A stretch of DNA of 64,000 nucleotides from Candidatus Vogelbacteria bacterium RIFOXYD1_FULL_46_19 (GTDB lineage: Bacteria; Patescibacteriota; Minisyncoccia; Phycocordibacterales; XYD1-FULL-46-19), in the NCBI GenBank assembly GCA_001824825.1, contig MHTK01000006.1:252138-316137 (forward strand), read 5' to 3'. The translations under genes were made by a program, and so were the position numbers. Below are positions 1-8,329 of the stretch, one piece after another (position 1 is the first letter of the stretch; each line of letters starts with the position of its first letter). The notes below the pieces were generated by a model, which had not been told where the DNA came from, searched no databases, and saw only the letters and a program-made list of their open reading frames with translations.

Positions 1-63
1 TGACTAATCTATAGACTTGAGACGGCATTTTGGCCCAGCCGGCAAACAAGCTATAATAAGCTA

Positions 64-1059
64 ATGGAACAAGAATTTGATTTTGTCGCCGTCGGCGATA
101 TTACTACCGACGCTTTTATAAAGTTGAGAGACGCAGAAGTTAATTGTGATATTAATAAAACCAACTGCCAAATTTGCCTGCGCTTTGGTGATAAAGTGCC
201 CTACGAAGATGTAACCATTGTTCCCGCTGTCGGCAATAGCCCTAACGCCGCGGTCGCCGCTAGCCGTCTAGGCTTACACTCAGCCTTAGTCACCAATGTC
301 GGCGATGACCACGACGGCAAAGAAGCCATCGGAACACTAGAAAAAGATATGGTGGACACTCGCTTCGTTCAAATAAACGATGGCCAAAAAACCAATTATC
401 ATTATGTTCTACAATATGGAGCGGAACGAACGATCTTGATTAAACATGAAGAGTACCCCTATCGTCTGCCCGAGATTGGTAGCCCTAAATGGCTTTATCT
501 AAGTTCCTTGGGTGAAAATTCTCTACCCTTTCACCACCAGTTAGCTACCTTCATTAAAACCCACCCCCAAGTGAAATTAGCCTTCCAGCCTGGTACTTTT
601 CAAATGAAGTTAGGTCTTAGCGAACTCGAAGATATTTATGAGGTAACCGAACTATTTTTCTGTAATACGGATGAGGCCCGCCGGATTTTACAAGTCGAAA
701 CTAAAGATGAACTAGAACTGCTGAAGGCTATACATGAACACGGCCCAAAAATTGTCGTTATCACCGATGGTCCCAAAGGAGCTTACGCTTATGACGGCGT
801 TAACGCCTGGCATATGCCTATTTACCCCGATCCTAAAGCACCAGTTGACCGAACCGGGGCCGGTGACGCTTTTGCCTCTACTTTTACCGCAATGATGACA
901 GTCGGCCTGTCTATCCCAGAGGCCCTAGCGCGAGCCCCGATCAACTCGATGTCCGTCGTTCAATTCATCGGCGCCCAAGCTGGTCTCTTGACCAGAGAAA
1001 AACTAGAGAATCATCTGGCTCAAGCACCCGATCACTATCAACCACAACAGATTATTTGA
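64..1059 (+). CDS. PfkB family carbohydrate kinase
   Basis: VGNSPNAAVAASRLG N-terminal and DRTGAGDAF C-terminal PfkB signatures; TATAAT 6 nt before ATG (probably leaderless). Confidence 0.9.
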   Translation: MEQEFDFVAVGDITTDAFIKLRDAEVNCDINKTNCQICLRFGDKVPYEDVTIVPAVGNSPNAAVAASRLGLHSALVTNVGDDHDGKEAIGTLEKDMVDTRFVQINDGQKTNYHYVLQYGAERTILIKHEEYPYRLPEIGSPKWLYLSSLGENSLPFHHQLATFIKTHPQVKLAFQPGTFQMKLGLSELEDIYEVTELFFCNTDEARRILQVETKDELELLKAIHEHGPKIVVITDGPKGAYAYDGVNAWHMPIYPDPKAPVDRTGAGDAFASTFTAMMTVGLSIPEALARAPINSMSVVQFIGAQAGLLTREKLENHLAQAPDHYQPQQII

Positions 1060-1171
1060 TCCTGACTAATTTTTTTAGGGCTATGGGAATGAATCTATAA
1101 ATTTTTAGGCGTTAGTAAATAGATCTTCATTATCGTATCCTAAAAACAATTAGAATAAGAAGTATCCCCAC

Positions 1172-1208
1172 AAAAAATATACCCCCGAGCTCAAAAGCGT
1201 CGGGGGTA
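1172..1208 (-). terminator. Intrinsic terminator of micro-ORF transcript 1
   Basis: TACCCCCGA/TCGGGGGTA inverted repeat followed on minus strand by TATTTTTT. Confidence 0.65.
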
Positions 1209-1236
1209 ATAGGGAGTGGCTGAAAGCCACGAATCT

Positions 1237-1266
1237 TTATTTTGGCGGGGGCAAACCGGTGTACAC
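1237..1266 (-). CDS. Putative micropeptide MYTGLPPPK (9 aa)
   Basis: AGAAAGGAGG (1271-1280) 4 nt before GTG; TAA stop; lies between a promoter and a terminator. Confidence 0.35.
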   Translation of the reverse strand: MYTGLPPPK

Positions 1267-1303
1267 GGACCCTCCTTTCTTGGTGGAGTGCGGTTTATCG
1301 CGC

Positions 1304-1345
1304 CTATTTCGGGGAGGCCCGGGGGGGGCGACCAATCTTGCTCAT
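1304..1345 (-). CDS. Putative micropeptide MSKIGRPPRASPK (13 aa)
   Basis: AGAAGGAG (1353-1360) 7 nt before ATG; TAG stop. Confidence 0.4.
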   Translation of the reverse strand: MSKIGRPPRASPK

Positions 1346-1417
1346 TGAGGGGCTCCTTCTTGTTTGTCCCCAAGGACAACAATTAATTAAAAGCCCACCC
1401 CATCTAATCCACATATA

Positions 1418-1447
1418 AATATACCTGAGTTAGACCCCAGATGTCAA
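1418..1447 (-). promoter_or_regulatory. sigma70-type promoter
   Basis: TTGACA-N18-TATATT on minus strand. Confidence 0.55.
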
Positions 1448-1480
1448 GGGGCTGACGGGGATATGTTTTAAATAGTATTC

Positions 1481-1524
1481 AAAGAAAAAGAAAAGGACCA
1501 ACCGAGCTTCGCTGGGTTGGTCCT
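1481..1524 (-). terminator. Intrinsic terminator of micro-ORF transcript 2
   Basis: AGGACCAACCCAGC-GAA-GCTCGGTTGGTCCT hairpin then TTTCTTTTT. Confidence 0.7.
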
Positions 1525-1530
1525 CTGCAC

Positions 1531-1566
1531 CTAGGTCGGTGCTCTCGCACGGACGCATTGACGCAT
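1531..1566 (-). CDS. Putative micropeptide MRQCVRARAPT (11 aa)
   Basis: GGAGG (1575-1579) 8 nt before ATG; stop just upstream of terminator. Confidence 0.35.
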   Translation of the reverse strand: MRQCVRARAPT

Positions 1567-1768
1567 GGTGGTTTCCTCCGTTTGGCCGCATCGCCTTGTC
1601 GTCGCAGCAGCGTCGTTGGAAGTTTTTTTGAAAAAACAAACAAGAAAGATCAAGGGGGTCTCGAGGCCACCAGCTCCGTTTAATCAACACTTTCGGGCTG
1701 GTGGCCGGCGAGACCCAACCGCCCGCTTGGTCGGCCCATGTGGCCGGAGCGGACGTGTCGTCGCTCGG

Positions 1769-1861
1769 CTAGGTGCCGTGGGCGAACGTCGTCGTCGCGG
1801 AACGCGCGCAATTTTCCAAAATAAAAGGATCGGAATAGGCCCAACACCAGATATGTTTCAT
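1769..1861 (-). CDS. Putative small protein MKHIWCWAYSDPFILENCARSATTTFAHGT (30 aa)
   Basis: AAGGAGG (1870-1876) 8 nt before ATG; promoter at 1933-1960. Confidence 0.45.
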   Translation of the reverse strand: MKHIWCWAYSDPFILENCARSATTTFAHGT

Positions 1862-1932
1862 CACACATTCCTCCTTGCTCTCTTGGGAGCGGTTTTTTAC
1901 TGCGACCAGCTTGAGCCAGTCGTGATGAGAAT

Positions 1933-1960
1933 ATCCTAGCACAACCTCAGAATTTGTCAA
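1933..1960 (-). promoter_or_regulatory. sigma70-type promoter with extended -10
   Basis: TTGACA-N16-TAGGAT with TGn just upstream of the -10. Confidence 0.55.
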
Positions 1961-2026
1961 ACTCTAGTAGTTGGTTTTAATTTTGAGCTCGGCTCCTCCT
2001 AAAAAAGCTTTATTTTATAAAGCTTT

Positions 2027-2914
2027 TTACAAGTTCTGCAACAGTTTATTAAATTCCTCCTGAGATGGCTCCTGGCGGACCATGACTGCCGCCACAGCCA
2101 CTAAAAAGGGTAGCTCGGCCTTGATCTGATCCAGTCGAGGCAAGAGTAGAGGTAAGGCTAAGCTTCCCTCGCTCGCTAATTCACTCTGACTGTTTGCCAC
2201 CAAACCTTCCCCTACCGCACGGTTCTGTGAGTGTTCACTGCCGGCGGTCGCTACCAAGTCGCCTACCCCGGCCCAAGACCACACAGTGGCCTCCGCTCCA
2301 CCCAAGTGAGTGATAATTAAAGTCATTTCCAAGAGCGCTTGCGCTACCAATACTCCGTAGCTATTAGCTCCCAACGCTAAGGCATCGGCGATCGCCAAAC
2401 CTAAAGTATAAATATTTTTGGTTACTCCCACGACATTTAAACCTCTCACATCGTTGGTGGTTTTTACCCGTAGAAGCGATTGATGAAATAAATTCACCAC
2501 CCGATCAGCCACCGACTGATCTGAACTGGCAACCAGAGCATAAGCCCGCTTACCAGCCATTATTTCTTCCGCGAGCATCGGCCCGGACAAAATCACCCAG
2601 GGCTGCTTTGGTAGGGTGCGGGCTAAAACTTCTCCCACGAACTCCCCCTCGTCCGTTACTCCTTTAGACAAACCAACCAAAGTGGTCGCGGGGTCCAATA
2701 TCGGACCAAGTTCCGCCAACACCTCGGGTAAAGCTCGAGCTGGTACAGCTAAAAAAATAATCTGAGCCCCGATAACCAACTCCGCCAAAGACTGGGTAGT
2801 ATTACCTCTAGTCTGTTCACGGTCAAAAATAATCGGCTGATGATGAACTGATAGCAACTTCGCCACTGCCTGCCCAATCTCGCCCCCGCCAATAATTAAA
2901 ATGTTGTCTGTCAT
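2027..2914 (-). CDS. gpsA: NAD(P)H-dependent glycerol-3-phosphate dehydrogenase
   Basis: GGGEIG Rossmann motif, SKG, LSGPMLAEE, KNIY, GVGDLVAT, S.N..VG motifs; start moved to ATG 2914. Confidence 0.85.
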   Translation of the reverse strand: MTDNILIIGGGEIGQAVAKLLSVHHQPIIFDREQTRGNTTQSLAELVIGAQIIFLAVPARALPEVLAELGPILDPATTLVGLSKGVTDEGEFVGEVLARTLPKQPWVILSGPMLAEEIMAGKRAYALVASSDQSVADRVVNLFHQSLLRVKTTNDVRGLNVVGVTKNIYTLGLAIADALALGANSYGVLVAQALLEMTLIITHLGGAEATVWSWAGVGDLVATAGSEHSQNRAVGEGLVANSQSELASEGSLALPLLLPRLDQIKAELPFLVAVAAVMVRQEPSQEEFNKLLQNL

Positions 2915-2942
2915 ATGCCGAATATTATATATTAAGCCCAAC

Positions 2943-2975
2943 AAAAGGCCATCTGGTTTTTATCCAAATGGCCTT
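2943..2975 (-). terminator. Intrinsic terminator
   Basis: AAGGCCATTTGG/CCAGATGGCCTT hairpin plus T tract, downstream of the 2998-3213 ORF. Confidence 0.6.
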
Positions 2976-2997
2976 AGATCCGCTATCTTACTATGAC

Positions 2998-3213
2998 CTA
3001 GTCCTGCCGAATGAAGAAGGAACACTGGCTCCAGCACAACACAGCTTGGTCAAGATCTCGGAAACCAAGACAAAGAATATCGACTCCGTCTCCGACAGCC
3101 TTCCTAACGTCCCTCAAAATAAGATTGGCTTCCTTTCGAGAAACCCGACCTGCTTTCAGTTGAGCGCAAGCTTCACGGAATTCATCTGTGACTCCTTCCA
3201 CAACCTGGGTCAT
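2998..3213 (-). CDS. Hypothetical protein (71 aa), strong-SD cassette
   Basis: GAGGAGGAG 5 nt before ATG 3213; own terminator. Confidence 0.6.
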   Translation of the reverse strand: MTQVVEGVTDEFREACAQLKAGRVSRKEANLILRDVRKAVGDGVDILCLGFRDLDQAVLCWSQCSFFIRQD

Positions 3214-3363
3214 ATTCACTCCTCCTCGCTTTATAACTACCATTTAACTGAAGCATTTCTGACATAAAATTAATTCTAAATCAAGCCTAAAGTTGACCCG
3301 ACCCTTAACCCACATCAAATTACACCACACTTTTCAAATACCAAGGACCGTCCTTGGAAAAGT

Positions 3364-4359
3364 TTAAACGTTTTTGCGCTCGATTACTTTTTTCACCGCC
3401 ATTATTATATCTTTCACTCCCAAGCTATAATGCTCCAGTAATTCCCCTGGCTCCCCCGACTGGCCAAACTGATCTTGAATTCCTAAAAATTCCACCGGCA
3501 CCGGAGCCTCAGCCGCCAGCATTTCCGCCACTGCTCCCCCCATACCCCCGGCCACCTGATGTTCTTCCACTGTTACCACCGCCCCCGCCTGCCTGGCGTA
3601 TTTGATCACCGTAGCCTTATCTAAAGGCTTGATAGTATGTAAATTAATAACCGACACCGCCACCCCTTCGGCCTCCAGTTTTTTAGCCGCCAGTAGTGAA
3701 AAGTAAACCATTTGCCCACAAGCAATAATGAGCGCCGCCGGTTCGTCGGAATCAAACAAAACTTCTGCCCGCCCTAGTTCAAAAGGTGAAGCCTCGGTCG
3801 TAATCACCGCACTTTTATTACGCGCTAAGCGAATATAAGCCGGACCACCGGAGTCAGCGAGCGCCAAGGTTGCCTTCTCGGCCTCCAAACTATCGGCCGG
3901 GACCACCACCGTCATGCGTGGCAACACCCGCATTAAAGCCATATCCTCAATCGCCTGATGTGTGCCCCCATCGGGCCCCACCGAGACTCCAGCGTGAGCT
4001 CCCACAATTTTAACCGGCACATTATTATAACAAATAGTCGTGCGGATTTGCTCCCAGTTCCGCCCCGGGCTAAACATGGCGTAAGAAGCGGCAAACGGAA
4101 TTTTTCCCATGGTGGCGAGACCCGAAGCCACCGTCACCAAGTTCTGTTCCGCCACCCCCACTTGAATAAAGCGATCCGGAAATTTTTTGGCAAAAGCTTC
4201 AATCCGGGTCGACTCGGTGAGGTCGGCACACAAAGCTACCACTTGCTCATTAGTTTCGCCGGCAGTTACCAAACCACGACCAAAACCATCGCGAATCGCC
4301 TCTTGCTCGATCTGTAAATCAAAAAGTTTCGGATTTAATTTTTGGGTTTTATTAATCAT
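3364..4359 (-). CDS. Transketolase, C-terminal (pyrimidine-binding) subunit
   Basis: ADLTEST, GVAEQN, GPDGGTHQAIED, TIKPLD, VEEH motifs. Confidence 0.95.
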   Translation of the reverse strand: MINKTQKLNPKLFDLQIEQEAIRDGFGRGLVTAGETNEQVVALCADLTESTRIEAFAKKFPDRFIQVGVAEQNLVTVASGLATMGKIPFAASYAMFSPGRNWEQIRTTICYNNVPVKIVGAHAGVSVGPDGGTHQAIEDMALMRVLPRMTVVVPADSLEAEKATLALADSGGPAYIRLARNKSAVITTEASPFELGRAEVLFDSDEPAALIIACGQMVYFSLLAAKKLEAEGVAVSVINLHTIKPLDKATVIKYARQAGAVVTVEEHQVAGGMGGAVAEMLAAEAPVPVEFLGIQDQFGQSGEPGELLEHYSLGVKDIIMAVKKVIERKNV

Positions 4360-4360
4360 T

Positions 4361-5032
4361 TTATTTACTATCTAAAAATCTCCGAACTCGATCTTCTAAA
4401 TTTAGTTCCTCTGTTGAAGCCAACTCTTGAGCTTTTGCAAATTTATCTTTTTCATCTAACCACTCATTACCAGAACCCAATCGATCCCAGATGTTTTCTT
4501 TAGTAAAACCAACCTTTTCTAAAGCATTAGTTGTAGGATTATCTTGTTGTACATCGATATCATTAACTTCTGCTGGTCTAAAATCAGGGCTGTATATTTC
4601 CGTAACTACTCCATATATAAAGGGTTCCTTTCCTTCTTTTTTAGCATAAAATTCAGACAACCGTGCTTTAGCTTTATCATCCACCACTCTAAATTCATTT
4701 TTCAGCCATTCTGGTAAATTTAAGGTATAAACCGTGACCACGTTTTTTCTTATACTATACCCATATTTTTTAAAAGCTTGACCTATCAGTTCACCATTCT
4801 TGATTTCCTCATTAATTTTAGTAACCTCTTCATCTTTACTATCAAAGGTTAAAAAAGTAAGCGCATAAGTTCTAGAAATACCTTCTTGATCACAAATATG
4901 AATTTCTCTAATTTGATCGTCGTGTCTTAAAATTTCCGCATGAACCTTACCATACTTCTCTTCCAAAACATCCGTATGTAAACGGTCTATCAAAGGAAAA
5001 TGTTCAACTTGGAGCTTTTCAATCATTTTCAC
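4361..5032 (-). CDS. Hypothetical protein, possible chorismate-lyase-like fold
   Basis: AT-rich ORF between the two tkt halves; REIHI..TYALT..IKNGELIG..EIYSP pattern. Confidence 0.55.
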   Translation of the reverse strand: MKMIEKLQVEHFPLIDRLHTDVLEEKYGKVHAEILRHDDQIREIHICDQEGISRTYALTFLTFDSKDEEVTKINEEIKNGELIGQAFKKYGYSIRKNVVTVYTLNLPEWLKNEFRVVDDKAKARLSEFYAKKEGKEPFIYGVVTEIYSPDFRPAEVNDIDVQQDNPTTNALEKVGFTKENIWDRLGSGNEWLDEKDKFAKAQELASTEELNLEDRVRRFLDSK

Positions 5033-5888
5033 TTTTTATTTTACCATTTAAAGTACGAAGCTCCGCTAGAGCTTTCTTCCCCTCCTCCTCACTCGGGGGC
5101 TTGCCGTGCCACTCATACTGGCGTTCAAAGGCTTTAACGCCTCGCCCAGGAATGGTATGAGCAATAATCACCGTCGGTCGGCCAAACACCGCTTGGGCCT
5201 CTCCCACGGCGGCTACAATTTCCTCAAAATTGTGCCCGTCTATTTCCACTACATGCCAATTAAAACTATCAAACTTCTCGGCCAGTGGCTCGAGCGGCAT
5301 AATATCTTTAGTGAAGCCGTCGATCTGGATCCCATTCCGATCGATAATAGTAATCAAATTGCTTAGGCCATATTTACCAGCGAGCATCACCGCCTCCCAA
5401 GTATTACCTTCCTCTAGTTCCCCATCACTTAACAGAGCGTAAATATAGCGGTCTGAAGTAAGACCATGATCCATCCGGTCAGCCAGCGCCATCCCACAAG
5501 CTTGTGATAAGCCCGAGCCCAAGGGGCCGGAACTGGTTTCTAAGTATGGCAAAAATTCCCGATGCGGGTGACCTTGCAAACGACTACCAAACCGACGCAA
5601 AGTTTTTAACTCCGCCACCGGAAAATAACCCGCGTGCGCCAAAGTAGCGTAATAAACCGGACAAATATGGCCATTGGATAAAACCAGGCGGTCGCGGTCG
5701 GGCCAGTCTGGCCGAGCCGGGTCGTGGCGTAAAATGTGAAAATAGAGAGCCGTAAAAATATCGGACATCCCCAAGGGACCGGCGGTATGGCCAGAGCGCG
5801 CCTCGAGCAAAGACCCGATAATAGACTGACGAATATTATTCGCCGTTTCCGTCAACAACTCAATTTTTTCATCTGTTAAAGTTTCCAT
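5019..5888 (-). CDS. Transketolase, N-terminal (TPP-binding) subunit
   Basis: SGHTAGPLG, RDRLVLSNGH, LQGHP, SGPLGSGLS, DGELEEG, WHGK; start moved to ATG 5888. Confidence 0.95.
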   Translation of the reverse strand: METLTDEKIELLTETANNIRQSIIGSLLEARSGHTAGPLGMSDIFTALYFHILRHDPARPDWPDRDRLVLSNGHICPVYYATLAHAGYFPVAELKTLRRFGSRLQGHPHREFLPYLETSSGPLGSGLSQACGMALADRMDHGLTSDRYIYALLSDGELEEGNTWEAVMLAGKYGLSNLITIIDRNGIQIDGFTKDIMPLEPLAEKFDSFNWHVVEIDGHNFEEIVAAVGEAQAVFGRPTVIIAHTIPGRGVKAFERQYEWHGKPPSEEEGKKALAELRTLNGKIKSEND

Positions 5889-5896
5889 ATGTTCCC

Positions 5897-5990
5897 TCTC
5901 GCTCCTGTTTGAAAACACTCATAAAAGTCTGCTGACTTTTTGTTCCGCTCGCGCCGTCGCGCTGCGCGAGGTTTTCAAACAGGAGCGAGA
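5897..5990. repeat. MITE-like element, 94 bp, with 20-bp perfect terminal inverted repeats
   Basis: TCTCGCTCCTGTTTGAAAAC (5897-5916) and GTTTTCAAACAGGAGCGAGA (5971-5990). Confidence 0.7.
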
Positions 5991-5999
5991 ATATTTTTA

Positions 6000-6629
6000 T
6001 TATAACTTTTTAAACCCCTCCAAGGTACCGACAATGTCCCCGCTGTGCCAGAGGGCCGAGCCCACCACCAAGCTGGCCGCCCCGGCTTTAATTATATCCG
6101 GTGCTGTTGCTAAATTAACCCCGCCATCAAGCTGAATCACCCCCGTGGGCCAGCGACTCTTTAAAGTGGCAATTTTATCTAAAACAGCCGAATCAAACTT
6201 TTCGCCTTGAAAACCCACTTTTTTTATCCCCATCAGCTGAATCATTTCCACTGCTTCCAAATAAGGCAGAACTTCCTCCAGTGGCGTGTCAACCAACAGA
6301 GATAAAGCCAACTTGCTTTGAGCTCCCTTCATAGTAGTAACCATATCAGCGAGAACGTCCGTACTTTCCACTTGTACAATAATTCGATCAGCTACCCAAA
6401 CCCAATTAGGTAAAACTTCTTCCGGTTTTTCCACCATCAAATGAACTTCGGCCATAATCCGCCCAGGTAGCAAAGATAAGTCGTCGGGAGTGTTCCAAGT
6501 TGTCACCGGTACAAAATCGCCGTCGGCCACATCCAAGTGTATCCAGGGACTTTGACTTTCCACCTGTTTAATTTTGGTTTCAATTTCGAGCCAAGTCGAG
6601 GCTAGAACGGCCGGCATAATATTGACCAT
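6000..6629 (-). CDS. rpe: Ribulose-phosphate 3-epimerase
   Basis: HLDVADGDFVP, EVHLMV, GFQG, QLDGGVN, VVGSAL. Confidence 0.92.
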   Translation of the reverse strand: MVNIMPAVLASTWLEIETKIKQVESQSPWIHLDVADGDFVPVTTWNTPDDLSLLPGRIMAEVHLMVEKPEEVLPNWVWVADRIIVQVESTDVLADMVTTMKGAQSKLALSLLVDTPLEEVLPYLEAVEMIQLMGIKKVGFQGEKFDSAVLDKIATLKSRWPTGVIQLDGGVNLATAPDIIKAGAASLVVGSALWHSGDIVGTLEGFKKL

Positions 6630-6643
6630 ACTAATTTGTCTGT

Positions 6644-7180
6644 TTAGAAATAATTTTCCTCAGTGGTATCACTATCAATCTTTTTGATCCGGCGCTGATG
6701 GCGCGGAGTTTCCGGATAACTTGTTTCCAACCAGAGCTTCACGCTATTTTTAGCTTCAGTGTCGGTCATAAAACGCGCGCCTAAAGATAAAATATTAGCA
6801 TCATTATGCTGTCGCGAGAGTTTAAGTATCTCTTCATTGCCACCATAGTAAACTACCGCTCGCACCCCCGGGTAACGATTGACTACTACCGCTTCCCCTT
6901 GACCCGAGCCGCCGATTATAATGGCGGCATAATGGCCAGGTTCGGCGGAAACCCGTTTGCCAGCTAGATGCATATAGCCAGGGTAATCATCTTCGGGCTC
7001 TAAAGTATAAGCTCCCAGATCTTCCACCTCATAACCCTCCGACCTTAAAAAAGGTTTAAGGTCTTCTTTTAGTGGCCACCCGGCGTGGTCAGCAGCCAAA
7101 AGAATAGTTTTCCGCTTATGATCCACCGCCTGGCGAGCAGCGGCTGTTTTTAATTCTAAATCTTTGATTAGTTCATCCAT
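6644..7180 (-). CDS. rpiB: RpiB/LacA/LacB sugar-phosphate isomerase
   Basis: AADHAG, DDYP, GGSGQGE, SRQHNDANILSLGAR, RHQRRI. Confidence 0.92.
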   Translation of the reverse strand: MDELIKDLELKTAAARQAVDHKRKTILLAADHAGWPLKEDLKPFLRSEGYEVEDLGAYTLEPEDDYPGYMHLAGKRVSAEPGHYAAIIIGGSGQGEAVVVNRYPGVRAVVYYGGNEEILKLSRQHNDANILSLGARFMTDTEAKNSVKLWLETSYPETPRHQRRIKKIDSDTTEENYF

Positions 7181-7185
7181 AATTA

Positions 7186-8208
7186 TTAGTGCCCGGCGGT
7201 TTTAAGGACATGTTCCACTAAAGTGTTGGCATACCCTAGTTCATTGTCATACCAAGCCAACACTTTCACCAAGTTGCCATCCACCACCCGCGTGCAAGCC
7301 AGGTCGGCAATAGCCGCGTGAGTATTGCCCACTATATCACTTGAAACCAAGGGTTCCTCCGTCACCGTAAAGATATTATGCCAGCGAGGCAAAGTGGCGG
7401 CTTGGCTTAAAATTTCATTAACTTCCGAAGCCGAAGTGGCGCGCTTGGCAATAAAAGTTAGGTCCACTATTGAACCAGTGACCACCGGCACTCGGAGGGC
7501 AATCCCGTCGAATTTATTGATAAGTTCCGGCAAGACTTGAGTCACAGCAATCGCCGCCCCGGTCGACGACGGTACGATGTTTTGGGCGGCGGCCCGACCC
7601 CGGCGGAAGTCCTTGCCATCCGGCCCATCCACCAATTTTTGACTGGCGGTATAGCCATGCACAGTATTTAAAATGGCTTTGTCGATTCCTAGCTCCGCTT
7701 GTAAAATGGCCATCAGTGGGCTCACCGAGTTGGTGGTGCAAGAGGCATTGGAAGTAATAACACAGGTCGACAATTTCTCATCATTCACCCCCATTAACAC
7801 GGTCGCGCCTGGAATACCGGTCGGTGGCTGGTCTTTCACTGGAGCCGAAATGACCACCTTGTGCGCTCCGGCTTCCAGATGGGCTTGGGCTTTAGCATAA
7901 CTATCAAAAACTCCAGTCGATTCCACCACTACGTCCACCTCCAGTTCTCGCCACGGTAGCGCTTGCGGGTCTTTTTCTTGCAGTACTTTTATCTGGTGGG
8001 AACCAATCAATAGCTTACCCTCGCCAACTTCAAGGTCTAATTTAGAGCGACCATAAGCCGTGTCATACTTAAGTAAATAGACCAGGTTGTCCAAGTCCGC
8101 CAAATCATTCACCGCTACCAGTTCAATCTCCGGCCGCTTTAAGGCCAACTTTAAAAACGCCCGACCAATGCGCCCCAAACCATTTATTGCCACCCGAGTT
8201 TTTTTCAT
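7186..8208 (-). CDS. gap: Type I glyceraldehyde-3-phosphate dehydrogenase
   Basis: INGLGRIGR, SNASCTTN, STGAA, WYDNE. Confidence 0.97.
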   Translation of the reverse strand: MKKTRVAINGLGRIGRAFLKLALKRPEIELVAVNDLADLDNLVYLLKYDTAYGRSKLDLEVGEGKLLIGSHQIKVLQEKDPQALPWRELEVDVVVESTGVFDSYAKAQAHLEAGAHKVVISAPVKDQPPTGIPGATVLMGVNDEKLSTCVITSNASCTTNSVSPLMAILQAELGIDKAILNTVHGYTASQKLVDGPDGKDFRRGRAAAQNIVPSSTGAAIAVTQVLPELINKFDGIALRVPVVTGSIVDLTFIAKRATSASEVNEILSQAATLPRWHNIFTVTEEPLVSSDIVGNTHAAIADLACTRVVDGNLVKVLAWYDNELGYANTLVEHVLKTAGH

Positions 8209-8329
8209 GAGATTAGAGTGCTTGAAACAATTTGTTAGTTGTTTTTAGTAAAAAACCACCACTGTTTTATTCTTAATAACAGTATAGCAAATAACTAAGA
8301 GATGTAGGCGAGTGAATGGGGAAATCGAC

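Noticed and set aside
1430-1861. TAG read-through joining the 30-aa ORF to the downstream frame, or an alternative genetic code
   Set aside because: The fused product looks random and runs through a terminator; TAG and TGA both act as stops in conserved genes here
3330-3362. CCAAGGACCGTCCTTGG palindrome after tkt-C
   Set aside because: Probably a REP or terminator-type hairpin; too short to assign
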